Shown piece after piece: positions 29,513 through 39,137 of a stretch of 64,000 nucleotides of DNA. Below the pieces are notes generated by a model, which was not told the origin of the DNA, searched no databases, and saw nothing but the letters and a program-made list of their open reading frames with translations. Each line of letters starts with the position of its first letter. The first letter of the stretch is position 1. Origin of the DNA: an uncultured Chloroflexota bacterium (GTDB lineage: Bacteria; Chloroflexota; Limnocylindria; Limnocylindrales; Limnocylindraceae); contig CAYSEM010000001.1 of NCBI GenBank assembly GCA_964430115.1, forward strand, positions 26,587-90,586, in the 5' to 3' direction. Made by a program: the position numbers and the translations under genes.

Positions 29513-29716
29513 CTAGGCGTCAGTTGGTTCCGTGTCCGGCGCTGGGCGTCGGATCACTTCGCGGCCCCGATAGGTGCCGCATGCGAGGCAGGCGTGGTGT
29601 GCTCGCTTGGTCGCGCCACACTGCGCGCAGCGGTCCATCGCCGGGAGGGTCAACGCATGATGCGCGCGACGATCTCCTTGACGAGACTTCGATGCCTTTC
29701 GCTTTGGTACGCCCAT
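29513..29716 (-). CDS. rpmF: 50S ribosomal protein L32 (Zn-ribbon C+ form)
   Basis: 67 aa, [22 protein letters not shown]...CAQCG...CLACGTYRG. Confidence 0.9.
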   Translation of the reverse strand: MGVPKRKASKSRQGDRRAHHALTLPAMDRCAQCGATKRAHHACLACGTYRGREVIRRPAPDTEPTDA

Positions 29717-29838
29717 CGCTGATGAACCTCGCTGCTACGCCCCGCACGGGGGGTTGGACTTGGAGAGCGAAGCCTACCCGATCCGAGCCCCCTCGTCGCG
29801 CTTCGACTACCGCTCGCCTGAGCGCAGCCCTGCTGGGG

Positions 29839-30396
29839 TCAGCCCTTGGCCCCCGGTTCCTCACCGCCTGGCGGCAGGAGGCTCCCTAGGACGGCGAGGC
29901 GTGGGTCTACGTCCCGTTCTGGACACTCCTCGGACTGGTGTGGGGCGCCGCAGTGTCCACATCGCTCTGGGCAGAGAGGGTCACAGTGCAGAACCAGCCG
30001 ACGGACGAGGTCGAGGCCCTCTACGGCGATGCGCCCGAGGTCGACCGAGTTGCCACGACCGAGCTGCTCCCCTTCACCCTGGGCATGGCGCTCTTCAAGA
30101 ACTTCTTCATCGATTCGTGTCTCAAGGGCAGCGCGTGCTGGGCTCAGACATCGAGCGCATGCCCCCTCTTGCACGCCACGAACGTGTGCGATCAGCCGCA
30201 CCCCACGATTCGTGCGATCGACGCGCGCCTGAACGGTTGTGTGGATCAACTCTCCTTCCGACGTACTTGTCAGCGTGAATTCAGGGACATCAAAACTCGC
30301 ACCAGGTAGCTCTGCGAGCAAGGGGGAGCAGTCAATGAGGTAGAGCGCAGGCGTTGCTCCGTCAGTAACGTTCGTCGCCTCGTTGAGGTCGCTCAC
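29839..30396 (-). CDS. YceD/DUF177 family protein
   Basis: 185 aa with paired Cys motifs (CARC...CDPLCPERCGHCG). It sits in the conserved position upstream of rpmF-plsX. Confidence 0.75.
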   Translation of the reverse strand: MSDLNEATNVTDGATPALYLIDCSPLLAELPGASFDVPEFTLTSTSEGELIHTTVQARVDRTNRGVRLIAHVRGVQEGACARCLSPARAALETRIDEEVLEERHAQGEGEQLGRGNSVDLGRIAVEGLDLVRRLVLHCDPLCPERCGHCGAPHQSEECPERDVDPRLAVLGSLLPPGGEEPGAKG

Positions 30397-30911
30397 CCGT
30401 TGGCGTTGGCGTGGCGTCGCGCCGCTGCAGTCAACACAGGGATCACCCCCTCTGGGACGAGTCGGTTGAGTGGGCCGCCGTATCGCGCGATCTCACGAAC
30501 AAGTCGACTGGAGGTTGACGCATGCTCGGGAGCGGTCATGAGGAAGAGCGTTTCAATTGACGGTGCGAGGAGTCGATTTGCATGGGCCATCCGCAGCTCG
30601 GCCTCAAAGTCCGATCCGGCGCGAAGGCCACGGATGATGACGCTCGCCTTCGCCTCTTCTGCAATACGCACCGCGAGGTTGGATGCAGCGAGGATCTCTA
30701 CCCGCGCCACATCTGCACCGAGTTCCGCGGCGATGACTGATCGCAGCAACGCTTCGCGCTCCGCGAGGGTGAGTAGCGCCTCTTTCGTTGCGTTCGGCAA
30801 GATCGCAACGACGAGCCGATCAACCACATGAAGGCTCCGTCGAATCAAATCAATATGACCAAATGTAACCGGATCAAAACTTCCTGGATAGAGCCCGACG
30901 CGATCGCTCAT
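30393..30911 (-). CDS. coaD: phosphopantetheine adenylyltransferase
   Basis: 172 aa, GLYPGSFDPVTFGHIDLIRR (T/HxGH nucleotidyltransferase motif). Confidence 0.93.
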   Translation of the reverse strand: MSDRVGLYPGSFDPVTFGHIDLIRRSLHVVDRLVVAILPNATKEALLTLAEREALLRSVIAAELGADVARVEILAASNLAVRIAEEAKASVIIRGLRAGSDFEAELRMAHANRLLAPSIETLFLMTAPEHASTSSRLVREIARYGGPLNRLVPEGVIPVLTAAARRHANANG

Positions 30912-31498
30912 CTCAACTGCTCCGCCCCCTCATGCTCATAGATGTCAATTGCTGTCTCACCGTACGTGAGGCCTCGCACTAATCGTAGTCCCCTTGGCGC
31001 CACTTGTGTCGTTTCGCCCTTCACCCGCCGTCCAGAGAGGACCAGAAGGCCACCTGTGGCGAGAGGGCTCGGGTGGTCAGCGATGAGTTCGAGCATGCCA
31101 CTGCGCAGGGGCACTTCGTCGTACGGTGGATCCGCGACGATGAGGTCAACGGTGGCTCCGCGTGCAACAAGTGTGCGCAGCGACGCGAGTGCGTCAGACG
31201 TCTGGATCTCGGTCTGGTCAGCAAGGCCGAGTGAAGCCACATTGCGACGAATGACGTCGGTGGCACGGCGAGAGATCTCTACGAACTGCACGTGTTGCGC
31301 GCCGCGACTGAGCGCCTCAAGGCCCGCCGCACCACTCCCCGCGCAGAGATCAAGGACACGCGCATCGGGAAGGCGCGGCTCAAGGATTGCAAAGAGCGCC
31401 TGCCGAACGCGGTCGGCAAACGGACGCGTCCCCTCCTCAGGGACCTCAAGAAGGCGTCCGCCAAGCGCTCCAGCAATGATGCGAATCTTTTGCGCCAC
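30908..31498 (-). CDS. rsmD: 16S rRNA (guanine966-N2)-methyltransferase RsmD
   Basis: 196 aa with VLDLCAGSGAAGLEALSRGA (SAM motif I) and ADPPY. Confidence 0.88.
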   Translation of the reverse strand: MAQKIRIIAGALGGRLLEVPEEGTRPFADRVRQALFAILEPRLPDARVLDLCAGSGAAGLEALSRGAQHVQFVEISRRATDVIRRNVASLGLADQTEIQTSDALASLRTLVARGATVDLIVADPPYDEVPLRSGMLELIADHPSPLATGGLLVLSGRRVKGETTQVAPRGLRLVRGLTYGETAIDIYEHEGAEQLR

Positions 31499-31501
31499 CG
31501 T

Positions 31502-33661
31502 TCAGCCCTCCCGCGAGAGGAGGACGGCGGTGGGCCATCCACGAAGGTAGGACTCAATCAGTGGACGTGAGGCTGGAAGGGGTCGGCCGATGGAGTCCAG
31601 AAGTCCCTCTGCCTCTGCGCGCGCCACCACGGCAAGCGCGCGGTCCGCGGCGCGCGAAAGTGCGGCAACCCGCAGGGGTGGCAGGCCGCTCTGATCGGTT
31701 CCAAGCACGTCCCCCTCTCCACGCAACTCGACATCGCGCTCGGCGAGGAGGAAGCCATCTCGCGTGCTCTCGATCGCTTCAAGCCGGGCACGCGCCACCT
31801 CGTCCTGGCTATCGCTGACTAAGACACACCAGCCTTCACTTCCGCCACGACCAACGCGACCGCGGAGCTGATGCAGCGTTGCAAGTCCAAATCGATCAGC
31901 ACTCATGATCACCATCACGCTCGCGCGCGGAACATCAACGCCAACCTCAACGACCGTTGTCCCGACAACGAGGTCGACCTCTCCACGGGTGAAGCCCTCC
32001 ATCACGCCGCTGCGCACCGCGGTTGACTGACGTCCATGTACCACACCGACGTTGAGGCCTGGTGCCGCCGCAGCAATCCGCTTCGCCTGCTCAACCACTC
32101 CCGCCTCTCCGGCCGCCTCAAGCGCAACACCGCCAGTCTCAGCGCTAGGCTCCTCACCGGGATCGTCATCGCCGATTCGTGGCACCACGACAAAGGTCCC
32201 TCGCCCTGCGCCAGCCTCTGAGACGACAAAGCTCCACAGGCGATCAAGTTCTGCACTACTGCGGATCGCGGTTCGGATTGGCTGCCGACCAGCTGGGAGT
32301 TCGCGTAGCTCCGATGAGGCCACATCCGCATAGAGAAGCTGTGCGATCGTCCGCGGGATTGGGGTGGCAGTCATCAGCAGAAGGTGCGGCTCCCCCTCCC
32401 CTTTTGCGGATAGCTGAGCTCGCTCCTCCACACCAAATCGATGTTGCTCGTCAACGATGACGAGTCCAAGCGAAGCGAATTGCGTCGCTTCAGAGAAGAG
32501 CGCGTGTGTCCCAATTAGAAGGGCGGTGCTCCCATCGGCGGCTGCCGCGCGAACGTTGCGACGCTCTACCGCAGAGGCGCCTCCAACCAGTAGGTCTACG
32601 CGAATGCCGAGTGGCGCGAAGAGTCTCGTCGCGGTGGCAGCGTGCTGCCGTGCGAGGAGTTCCGTTGGCGCCAGCATCGCGCACTGAAGCCCTGCACGGG
32701 CGGCGGCGGCGGCCGCCACGAGTGCAACCGCCGTCTTCCCCGTACCAACATCACCCTGCAAGAGGCGCAGCATTGGCTCGCCAGCGGCGAGATCCGTCAT
32801 GATGGCATCAATCGCCGCTGACTGATCCGATGTCCATAGCGGCGCTGGCGCGGAGTCTCCCTCGCGTCGAAGTCCGCTACGAATCGCCTCTTCAATCTCT
32901 GCGCGGTCGCGCTGAGGGACCTTAATGGTCGGCGCCGCACCTTTCGCTCGACGGCGCCGTCGGCGAACGAGTGACAGCTGTACCGCGAGAAGTTCGTCAA
33001 AGGCGAGGCGACGGAGTGCGGCATCGCGCTGCTCAAACTCACTCGGCCAGTGAGCCTCCGTCAAGGCGGCGGCGAGCGGCATCAGTTCGTGTCTGGTGCG
33101 AACGCCGGCGGGAAGCGGATCTGAGAGCTCCGCACCGAATTGATCAATCAACTGGCGTACCGCCGCACGAAGGCTGAGTGCCGTCACCCCCTTTGTCAGC
33201 CGATAGATCGGAACGATTCGCCCTGCATTGACGCTCTCGCCCCCTTCGAGCGCGCTGAACTCTGGCGCTTCAAGCTGGGCCCGCCACCCAATCGCCTTCA
33301 CGCGGCCGGAGGCGACGATCTCAGTGCCTGGGTGGAGGCGACGCTCAATGAAGCGACGGCCGTACCAGATCGCTTCCACCACACCGCTCTCGTCGGCGAG
33401 TGTGGCGATCGTTCGTTGCACCCCTCGTCGCCAGGTCTTTTCGACGCGAACGTCAACAACCCGCACGCGAACCGTTGCAGGGCTTCCGCCTACAAGTTCA
33501 GCCACGGGCGTGATCGCTCGGCGGTCTTCGTAGCGCCGCGGAAGATAGAGGAGGAGATCTCCCACGCTATGGACCCCTAGTCGAGCGAGCCCCCGTAGCA
33601 AGCTCGCTCCGCCCGGCAGGCCGAGCCCCTTGAGCGGCAAGCCGCTCGGGTCGGCGCTCAC
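31502..33661 (-). CDS. recG: ATP-dependent DNA helicase RecG
   Basis: 719 aa with an N-terminal wedge domain and helicase motifs (GDVGTGKT, DEQHRFG, and the QLRGRVGRG motif VI). Confidence 0.94.
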   Translation of the reverse strand: MSADPSGLPLKGLGLPGGASLLRGLARLGVHSVGDLLLYLPRRYEDRRAITPVAELVGGSPATVRVRVVDVRVEKTWRRGVQRTIATLADESGVVEAIWYGRRFIERRLHPGTEIVASGRVKAIGWRAQLEAPEFSALEGGESVNAGRIVPIYRLTKGVTALSLRAAVRQLIDQFGAELSDPLPAGVRTRHELMPLAAALTEAHWPSEFEQRDAALRRLAFDELLAVQLSLVRRRRRRAKGAAPTIKVPQRDRAEIEEAIRSGLRREGDSAPAPLWTSDQSAAIDAIMTDLAAGEPMLRLLQGDVGTGKTAVALVAAAAAARAGLQCAMLAPTELLARQHAATATRLFAPLGIRVDLLVGGASAVERRNVRAAAADGSTALLIGTHALFSEATQFASLGLVIVDEQHRFGVEERAQLSAKGEGEPHLLLMTATPIPRTIAQLLYADVASSELRELPAGRQPIRTAIRSSAELDRLWSFVVSEAGAGRGTFVVVPRIGDDDPGEEPSAETGGVALEAAGEAGVVEQAKRIAAAAPGLNVGVVHGRQSTAVRSGVMEGFTRGEVDLVVGTTVVEVGVDVPRASVMVIMSADRFGLATLHQLRGRVGRGGSEGWCVLVSDSQDEVARARLEAIESTRDGFLLAERDVELRGEGDVLGTDQSGLPPLRVAALSRAADRALAVVARAEAEGLLDSIGRPLPASRPLIESYLRGWPTAVLLSREG

Positions 33662-35349
33662 TCCAAGCTCACGAGCACCCGCTCGATTGGCTGTTCGCCA
33701 CGCGCGAGCTCCACTTCCACACCGCGGATGACTCCTCGAGCAGCCTCCGCCATGCGCTCGCCAGCGGCCGCGTCAACATCGGCTCCTAGGTAGAGCGTGA
33801 TCAAGTCCGCCTTCTCCCCCTGCAGCGCACGGGTGAGCGCCTCAATCTCGTCTTGTCCAGTGGCAACGATTCCGTCAACAGGATCAAGTGCCATCACTTC
33901 GCCGTTGCGTACGCTAACCCCTTTCACCACCGCGTCGCGTACCGCCTGGACAATACGGAAGGTTCTCGCACCGACTCGCGCGGTTTCAAACTGCTTCAGC
34001 GCAAGATCCAACGGGAGCGAAGGATCCCAGGTTAGAAGCGCCGCAATCCCCTCGGCTGCGTTACGCGTTGGGACGACGGTCACGTTCGCCGCAACCAGGT
34101 CTGCGGCCTGGCGCGCTGCGAGCACAATGTTCCCGTTGTTCGGAAACACAATGACATCGCGCCGTCCCGTTGCGTTGATTGCGGTGGCAATCTCTGCTGC
34201 CGAAGGGTTCTCCGTTTGACCCCCGTGCACCAACTGCGAGGCCCCGGCTGATTTCATGATCGCAGCCAGTCCACTCCCTGCGGCGACCGCAACGATCGCT
34301 GTGCCGGGCTCGGGCCCCCTCTCAGGCGTTGCGCTGGCAACGCCAACGCGCGTGGAGAGGTCAGTAAAGGCACCATGTCCAGTGGCGCGTTCGGAACTCT
34401 GCTGGTCAAGATTCTCAATCGTGACGCCACGGACATCGCCATGAGCAATCCCATAGGCGAGGATCCGATCTGGCTGCAGGTTGTGCACGTGCACCTTGCA
34501 GACCGACGCATCACCGGCGACAAGTACGCTCTCTCCGATGCGTTCAAGGTCAGCACGGATCTTGACGAGGTCGAGTGGAGCCTCTGTGGCGCGGAGGATG
34601 AAGACCGTCTCGTAGCCATACTCGCCCGGAGCACCATCTCCGCCCGCAGTTGGGAGTGGTAGTGAAGGAGTTGGAACGTGCGCACTTCTCGCGGGCTCTG
34701 CATCGTCCAAGGTTGCCGAAGGAGCAACCGAGGGGACATCTGCGATCCCCTCAAGAATCAGTTGCAATCCGGTGCCCCCCGAATCAACGACTCCAGCCTC
34801 TCGAAGCACGGCGAGAAGCATTGGCGTCTTCTCCACCGAGACGCGAGCGCTCTCGGCAACGCGGAGTAGGAATGGGCGAAGCTCGGTCGATCCTTCCGCA
34901 TCTGCCAGCGCGCTCGATGCAACTTCGCGCGCAACAGTGAGAATCGTCCCCTCTGTGGGTGTTGCAACTGCGCTGTAGGCGTGGAGCACGCCGATCGAGA
35001 GCGCGTTTGCGATCTCCGCCGCGCGAGCGCGCTTCCGCCCTCTAACCGCTTGAGGTAGTCCGCGCAGGATTTGCGAGAGCAGAACCCCTGAATTCCCTCT
35101 GGCGCCCAGGAGCGCGCCGCGAGCAACTGCTTCGCTGACCTCGTCAATTGATGTGACCCCCGTTGCAAGCGTCACCTCCCCTTCAGCGATCGCCGCTTTG
35201 AGGGTCGCGAGCATGTTGGTCCCGGTATCGCCGTCAGGGACAGGGAAGACATTGAGCGCGTTCACCTCCGCGACGCGGGCCTCCAGCCGATCAGCACCTG
35301 ACCGGAGGGCCGCCATCAGCTCCACGCCGTCCCAGCTCTTGCGGCTCAT
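33658..35349 (-). CDS. DAK2 domain fusion protein YloV (DegV/Dak-like)
   Basis: Homology begins at MSRKSWDGVELMAALRSGADRLEARVAEVNALNVFPVPDGDTGTNM. The six-frame ORF extends to 35469. It lies upstream of recG and divergent from rpmB, as is usual. Confidence 0.85.
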   Translation of the reverse strand: MSRKSWDGVELMAALRSGADRLEARVAEVNALNVFPVPDGDTGTNMLATLKAAIAEGEVTLATGVTSIDEVSEAVARGALLGARGNSGVLLSQILRGLPQAVRGRKRARAAEIANALSIGVLHAYSAVATPTEGTILTVAREVASSALADAEGSTELRPFLLRVAESARVSVEKTPMLLAVLREAGVVDSGGTGLQLILEGIADVPSVAPSATLDDAEPARSAHVPTPSLPLPTAGGDGAPGEYGYETVFILRATEAPLDLVKIRADLERIGESVLVAGDASVCKVHVHNLQPDRILAYGIAHGDVRGVTIENLDQQSSERATGHGAFTDLSTRVGVASATPERGPEPGTAIVAVAAGSGLAAIMKSAGASQLVHGGQTENPSAAEIATAINATGRRDVIVFPNNGNIVLAARQAADLVAANVTVVPTRNAAEGIAALLTWDPSLPLDLALKQFETARVGARTFRIVQAVRDAVVKGVSVRNGEVMALDPVDGIVATGQDEIEALTRALQGEKADLITLYLGADVDAAAGERMAEAARGVIRGVEVELARGEQPIERVLVSLE

Positions 35350-35558
35350 CGTGCGCACCACTCGCGGGTCTCCGCCACGCGGGAGAGGGGGGCGTGGCGG
35401 GCGGCGAAGAGTAGACCTGACTGCGGTGCTCGCTGTCGCTCGCTCGGCATGACTCCCTCCCTCAGCCAAGGCCCCTCAGCCCTACGGCGTTCCTGCTACG
35501 ATACGGCACCAACGGCGGTGCGTCCCTCTCGGGCGCCAAGTACAGCAAGGAGAAGGTC

Positions 35559-35753
35559 ATGGCTCGCTTCTGCGTCCTCTGCGGCAAGGATTCGATCTCT
35601 GGGTTCAACCCCCAGTCGGTCGGGATGAACCGTGTACGCGCACACCGACGCTTCCGAGCCAACCTCCAGCCGACCATGGTCCTCGCCAATGGGACGATGA
35701 AGCGCGCGCTCGTCTGCACCTCGTGCCGACGAACGGCAACAAAGGGCGCCTAA
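35559..35753 (+). CDS. rpmB: 50S ribosomal protein L28 (Zn-ribbon C+ form)
   Basis: 64 aa, MARFCVLCGK...VCTSCRR. Confidence 0.9.
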   Translation: MARFCVLCGKDSISGFNPQSVGMNRVRAHRRFRANLQPTMVLANGTMKRALVCTSCRRTATKGA

Positions 35754-35759
35754 CCTCAG

Positions 35760-36410
35760 CTACGCCTTCGGGCGTAACCCCTCTACCGCTGCGCGCATCT
35801 GCGCCGCTCCGAAAAGCGCTGTCCCAGCGACGAGGACATCCCCCCCTTGTGCAACCGCATCAGCTGCGGTGCTTGACCGAATCCCACCATCTACGTGAAT
35901 GAGTCGCTCAGCGCCGAGGAGCACTCGAATCTCTTTGATGCGCGCAGCTGCGTCGGGCTGATATGACTGGCCACCGAAGCCAGACTTCACCGTCATCACG
36001 AGTGCAAAATCAAGATGCGCATCATGCGCTGCGAAGGCTCTGGCGGGTGTGCCTGGATCCGCTGCGAGACCAGCCTGCGCGCCTGCGGTTCGGATGGCAT
36101 CAAGCGTCCCTTGATGGCGCTCTGGAACCTCAACGTGAATGGCAACCGTCTGGCAGCCAGCTGCGGCATATCGTGGCGCCCAGAGCGCAGGGTTCGCAAT
36201 CATCAGGTGCGCATCAAATGGGAGTGACGTCACCCCACGCAGTGCTTCAACGGTTGCGATCCCGAATGTAAGGTTCGGCACAAAGTGTCCGTCCATGATG
36301 TCTAAGTGGATGCGGTCAACGCCAGCCTGCTCCGCCGCCTGAACTGCTTCACGCAACGCACCGAGATCCGCATTCAAGATGCTCGCTGCAATCTGAACCC
36401 CACGCGTCAC
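35760..36410 (-). CDS. rpe: ribulose-phosphate 3-epimerase
   Basis: 216 aa with ...ASILNADLGAL..., ...RIHLDIMDGHFVPNLTFG... and ...HLMI.... Confidence 0.93.
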   Translation of the reverse strand: MTRGVQIAASILNADLGALREAVQAAEQAGVDRIHLDIMDGHFVPNLTFGIATVEALRGVTSLPFDAHLMIANPALWAPRYAAAGCQTVAIHVEVPERHQGTLDAIRTAGAQAGLAADPGTPARAFAAHDAHLDFALVMTVKSGFGGQSYQPDAAARIKEIRVLLGAERLIHVDGGIRSSTAADAVAQGGDVLVAGTALFGAAQMRAAVEGLRPKA

Positions 36411-37612
36411 TGCTCAACCCCTCCAAGTGGCCCAGACGGCGCTAGCGGTGTTGGTGAACGCTCCCCCTTTAATGCGGCGGCGCTCGCTACGACCAAGAGC
36501 TCTCTGCGGCGGGCCACTGCCGCTGGCGCTGGAGCGCCGGCACGTTCAGCAGCGAGTTGACCGCACGCGGCACCCGCTTCGCGACCTCGGTTTCTCCGAA
36601 CCGTTACCGAGAGGCCAGAGGCGCGCAGCTGCTCTGCGATCTCTTCAATGCGTGCGGCGGGACTCTCCTGCCATGGTGTGTGTGCGACGCTATTCATTGG
36701 GATCAGATTGACGTGTGCGCTGCTCCCGCGCAGCAGTTGTGCCAAGGCCGCGGCATCCTCTGGGCTGTCGTTGATGCCGTCAATCATCGTCACTTCGAAC
36801 GTGGTCCGTCGCCCAGTTGCGCGTGCATGCGCTGCTGCGGCTGCAACCACTTCCTCTACAGGCCACTTACGGTTGAGCGGCACGAGCAGGTCCCGTAGAG
36901 CATTGCGCGCGGCGTGGAGAGAGACGGCGAGGGTCACCTGAGGCCGCACCTTTGCGAGCCTGGCGATCCCTGGCACCACTCCGCTCGTTGAAACAACAAT
37001 TCGACGTTGTCCGATGCCGCCCCGAAGTGGGTCGGTGAGGCCGTCAATTGACGCGAGTACGGGGTCAAGATTCTGGAGTGGCTCCCCCATCCCCATGAAC
37101 ACGACGTTCGTGAGCTCCCGCCCTTCGCCTCGAAGGATCTGTCGCGCGCGACGCACCTGATCTTGGATCTCACCAGCGGTCAGGTTGCGGGTAAAGCCAA
37201 GTTCACCCGTGGCGCAGAAGGGGCAGCCGACCGCGCACCCTGCTTGGCTTGAGACGCAGATAGTCGCTCGCTCTCCGCGGCCGCGCCGTGGATCGGGTGG
37301 ATAGCGCATCAGTACCGCCTCAACCTTCGCGCCACCGCTGAGCGTGATCAGGAGCTTGCTTGTTGCCCCGTCCTCAACATCTTCTCGTTCGAGCTGCTCT
37401 GCAGAGTAGAAGCGGGCGACACCAGCGAGCGCCTCCTGCGCTCGTCGGTTCAGCGTCGTGACCTCCGACCAGGTCGTGGCATCAGAGCGCCAGATCGCAT
37501 CAAGGATCTGAGCCGAGCGGTACTTCTCAAGTCCAAGATCGGAAACAAGTTGCGCAACGGCCCTCGGATCAAGATCGCTGATCGCGGGGAGGGGTGATGC
37601 TGCGGTGCTCAT
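36407..37612 (-). CDS. rlmN: 23S rRNA (adenine2503-C2)-methyltransferase RlmN (radical SAM)
   Basis: 401 aa with the radical-SAM CxxxCxxC motif ...QAGCAVGCPFCATG... Confidence 0.93.
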   Translation of the reverse strand: MSTAASPLPAISDLDPRAVAQLVSDLGLEKYRSAQILDAIWRSDATTWSEVTTLNRRAQEALAGVARFYSAEQLEREDVEDGATSKLLITLSGGAKVEAVLMRYPPDPRRGRGERATICVSSQAGCAVGCPFCATGELGFTRNLTAGEIQDQVRRARQILRGEGRELTNVVFMGMGEPLQNLDPVLASIDGLTDPLRGGIGQRRIVVSTSGVVPGIARLAKVRPQVTLAVSLHAARNALRDLLVPLNRKWPVEEVVAAAAAHARATGRRTTFEVTMIDGINDSPEDAAALAQLLRGSSAHVNLIPMNSVAHTPWQESPAARIEEIAEQLRASGLSVTVRRNRGREAGAACGQLAAERAGAPAPAAVARRRELLVVASAAALKGERSPTPLAPSGPLGGVEQ

Positions 37613-38592
37613 GAGCGAATTCTCGCATGCGGCGCGAGAAGTTCCGGTCGGCCGTGAATCAGCGCAGTTCCGCTCATGCGGCGCCCGCCCATCGGGGTCA
37701 CTTCAAGGAGTGGGAGGGCGCCACCTTTCAGTCCGAGGAGGAGGACCTCCTCATGCACGAGGAGGCCTCCAAGTGGGGCCTCAATCTCAGTGAGCGGTGC
37801 ACCAATCACATCAAGCTTCAGCCGCTCGAGCGCTGGGGCGAGGCTGATCCAGACACCAGGCCATGGGCGGTACGCGCGCCATGCCCGGTGTGCGTACTCT
37901 GCCGTCCAGTTCGCCAGAGCCTCACCGTCGGACCGTTGCAAACGTCGCGTCAGCGAAACACCCGCTGCAGGCTGAGCGCTCGGAACGATCTCCCCTGCAA
38001 GGTATCGATCCAACGTCCTTACGATGCCGTCCGCCGCCAGTTGCGCGAGTTGCGTCTCAAGACCCGGTGCGTCCTCGTCACCGCGCAACTGATGCCGCTG
38101 CACTGCGAGGAGCGGCCCTGTATCCAGCCCCTCATCCATGAGGATGGTACTCACTCCAGTCTCTTGATCGCCAGCCAGGATGGATGCCGGGATCGGTGCG
38201 GCGCCACGATGCGCAGGAAGAAGCGAAGGGTGAAGATTCAAGATCCCTCGCGGAACCGAACGCAACATTTCAGCAGGAACGATCTGCCCAAAGTCTGCAA
38301 GCAGGCCCACGGATGCACCAAGGAGAGCGATCGTCTCCTGCGTGGAGGGGGCGCGGAGTCGTTCAACTTCAAGGAGTGGCAGATCGCGCTCCCGCGCCCA
38401 CGATGCGACTGGCGTTGCAACGAGCGCGCCGTCTCGCCCCGACGGCCGCGGTGCGGCAGTGATCACGCCGGCAATACTCCCCTCGTGCTTCTCGTGGAGA
38501 GCATCAAATGCTGGCACGCCGAAGCCGCCACTCCCAATCAACAGGAGCCGCAGATCAGTGACTGTGTGCCTCTGCGGCGCGCGCCGCACGCT
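37609..38592 (-). CDS. fmt: methionyl-tRNA formyltransferase
   Basis: The conserved N-terminus RLLLIGSGGFGVPAFDAL begins at about 38550, and the HPSLLP motif is present. The start is ambiguous: GTG 38592 (38-nt overlap with def), ATG 38643 (88-nt overlap), or CTG 38553, which is 1 nt after the def stop. Confidence 0.9.
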   Translation of the reverse strand, partial: SVRRAPQRHTVTDLRLLLIGSGGFGVPAFDALHEKHEGSIAGVITAAPRPSGRDGALVATPVASWARERDLPLLEVERLRAPSTQETIALLGASVGLLADFGQIVPAEMLRSVPRGILNLHPSLLPAHRGAAPIPASILAGDQETGVSTILMDEGLDTGPLLAVQRHQLRGDEDAPGLETQLAQLAADGIVRTLDRYLAGEIVPSAQPAAGVSLTRRLQRSDGEALANWTAEYAHRAWRAYRPWPGVWISLAPALERLKLDVIGAPLTEIEAPLGGLLVHEEVLLLGLKGGALPLLEVTPMGGRRMSGTALIHGRPELLAPHARIRS

Positions 38593-39109
38593 TCGCGCGT
38601 TTCCCTTCCGGACTTTCAGGATCAGTCTCGCCGCCATCCTCATCGCCGGTTACAGCGATCAGCTGGTCGAGCGAATCAAGATAGTCAATGTAGAGTTTCC
38701 CCTTAAGGTGATCGAGCTCGTGTTGCACGGCGCGCGCAATGTAGCCGTGTTCGCTGAACTTATATGCACGACCGTGACGATCTTGAGCCTCTACCCACAC
38801 TCGTTCACGTCGCGTGATGTCGGCAACGTACCCTGGGATTGATAGGCACCCTTCAAGATCGGTCACATCGCCCTTGTCGCGCATGATGCGCGGGTTGACG
38901 AGCTCATACGTTCGCCCTTTCGCTTCGACGACCGCGACGTTAAGCGGCTCGCCAAGCTGGGGGGCGGCAAGTCCCGCGCCTGGCGCGGCGCGCATCGTGT
39001 GCACGAGATCGTCAAGAAGGCTGTGCAGCAACTTTCCAAAACTTTCTACGGGCTCCCCGGGCATGCGGAGGCGCGGATCACCGAGGAGCAGGATCGGCTT
39101 CACACTCAT
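38555..39109 (-). CDS. def: peptide deformylase
   Basis: 184 aa with the GLAAPQ, EGCLS and HELDHL motifs. Confidence 0.94.
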   Translation of the reverse strand: MSVKPILLLGDPRLRMPGEPVESFGKLLHSLLDDLVHTMRAAPGAGLAAPQLGEPLNVAVVEAKGRTYELVNPRIMRDKGDVTDLEGCLSIPGYVADITRRERVWVEAQDRHGRAYKFSEHGYIARAVQHELDHLKGKLYIDYLDSLDQLIAVTGDEDGGETDPESPEGKRAKRAARAAEAHSH

Positions 39110-39137
39110 GGCCTGATTCTACCAATCGGCGGGGAGC

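Noticed and set aside
38551-38643. fmt apparently lacking a canonical start (candidate CTG at 38553 right after the def stop)
   Set aside because: An in-frame GTG exists at 38592 and an ATG at 38643. These give plausible, if overlapping, starts, so a non-canonical start is not required, unlike at rimM.
37627-38706. 359-aa + strand ORF antisense to fmt/rlmN
   Set aside because: Its composition is Arg/Cys/Gln-rich with no recognisable family. It overlaps two well-supported - strand genes across its whole length, so it is a high-GC antisense artefact.
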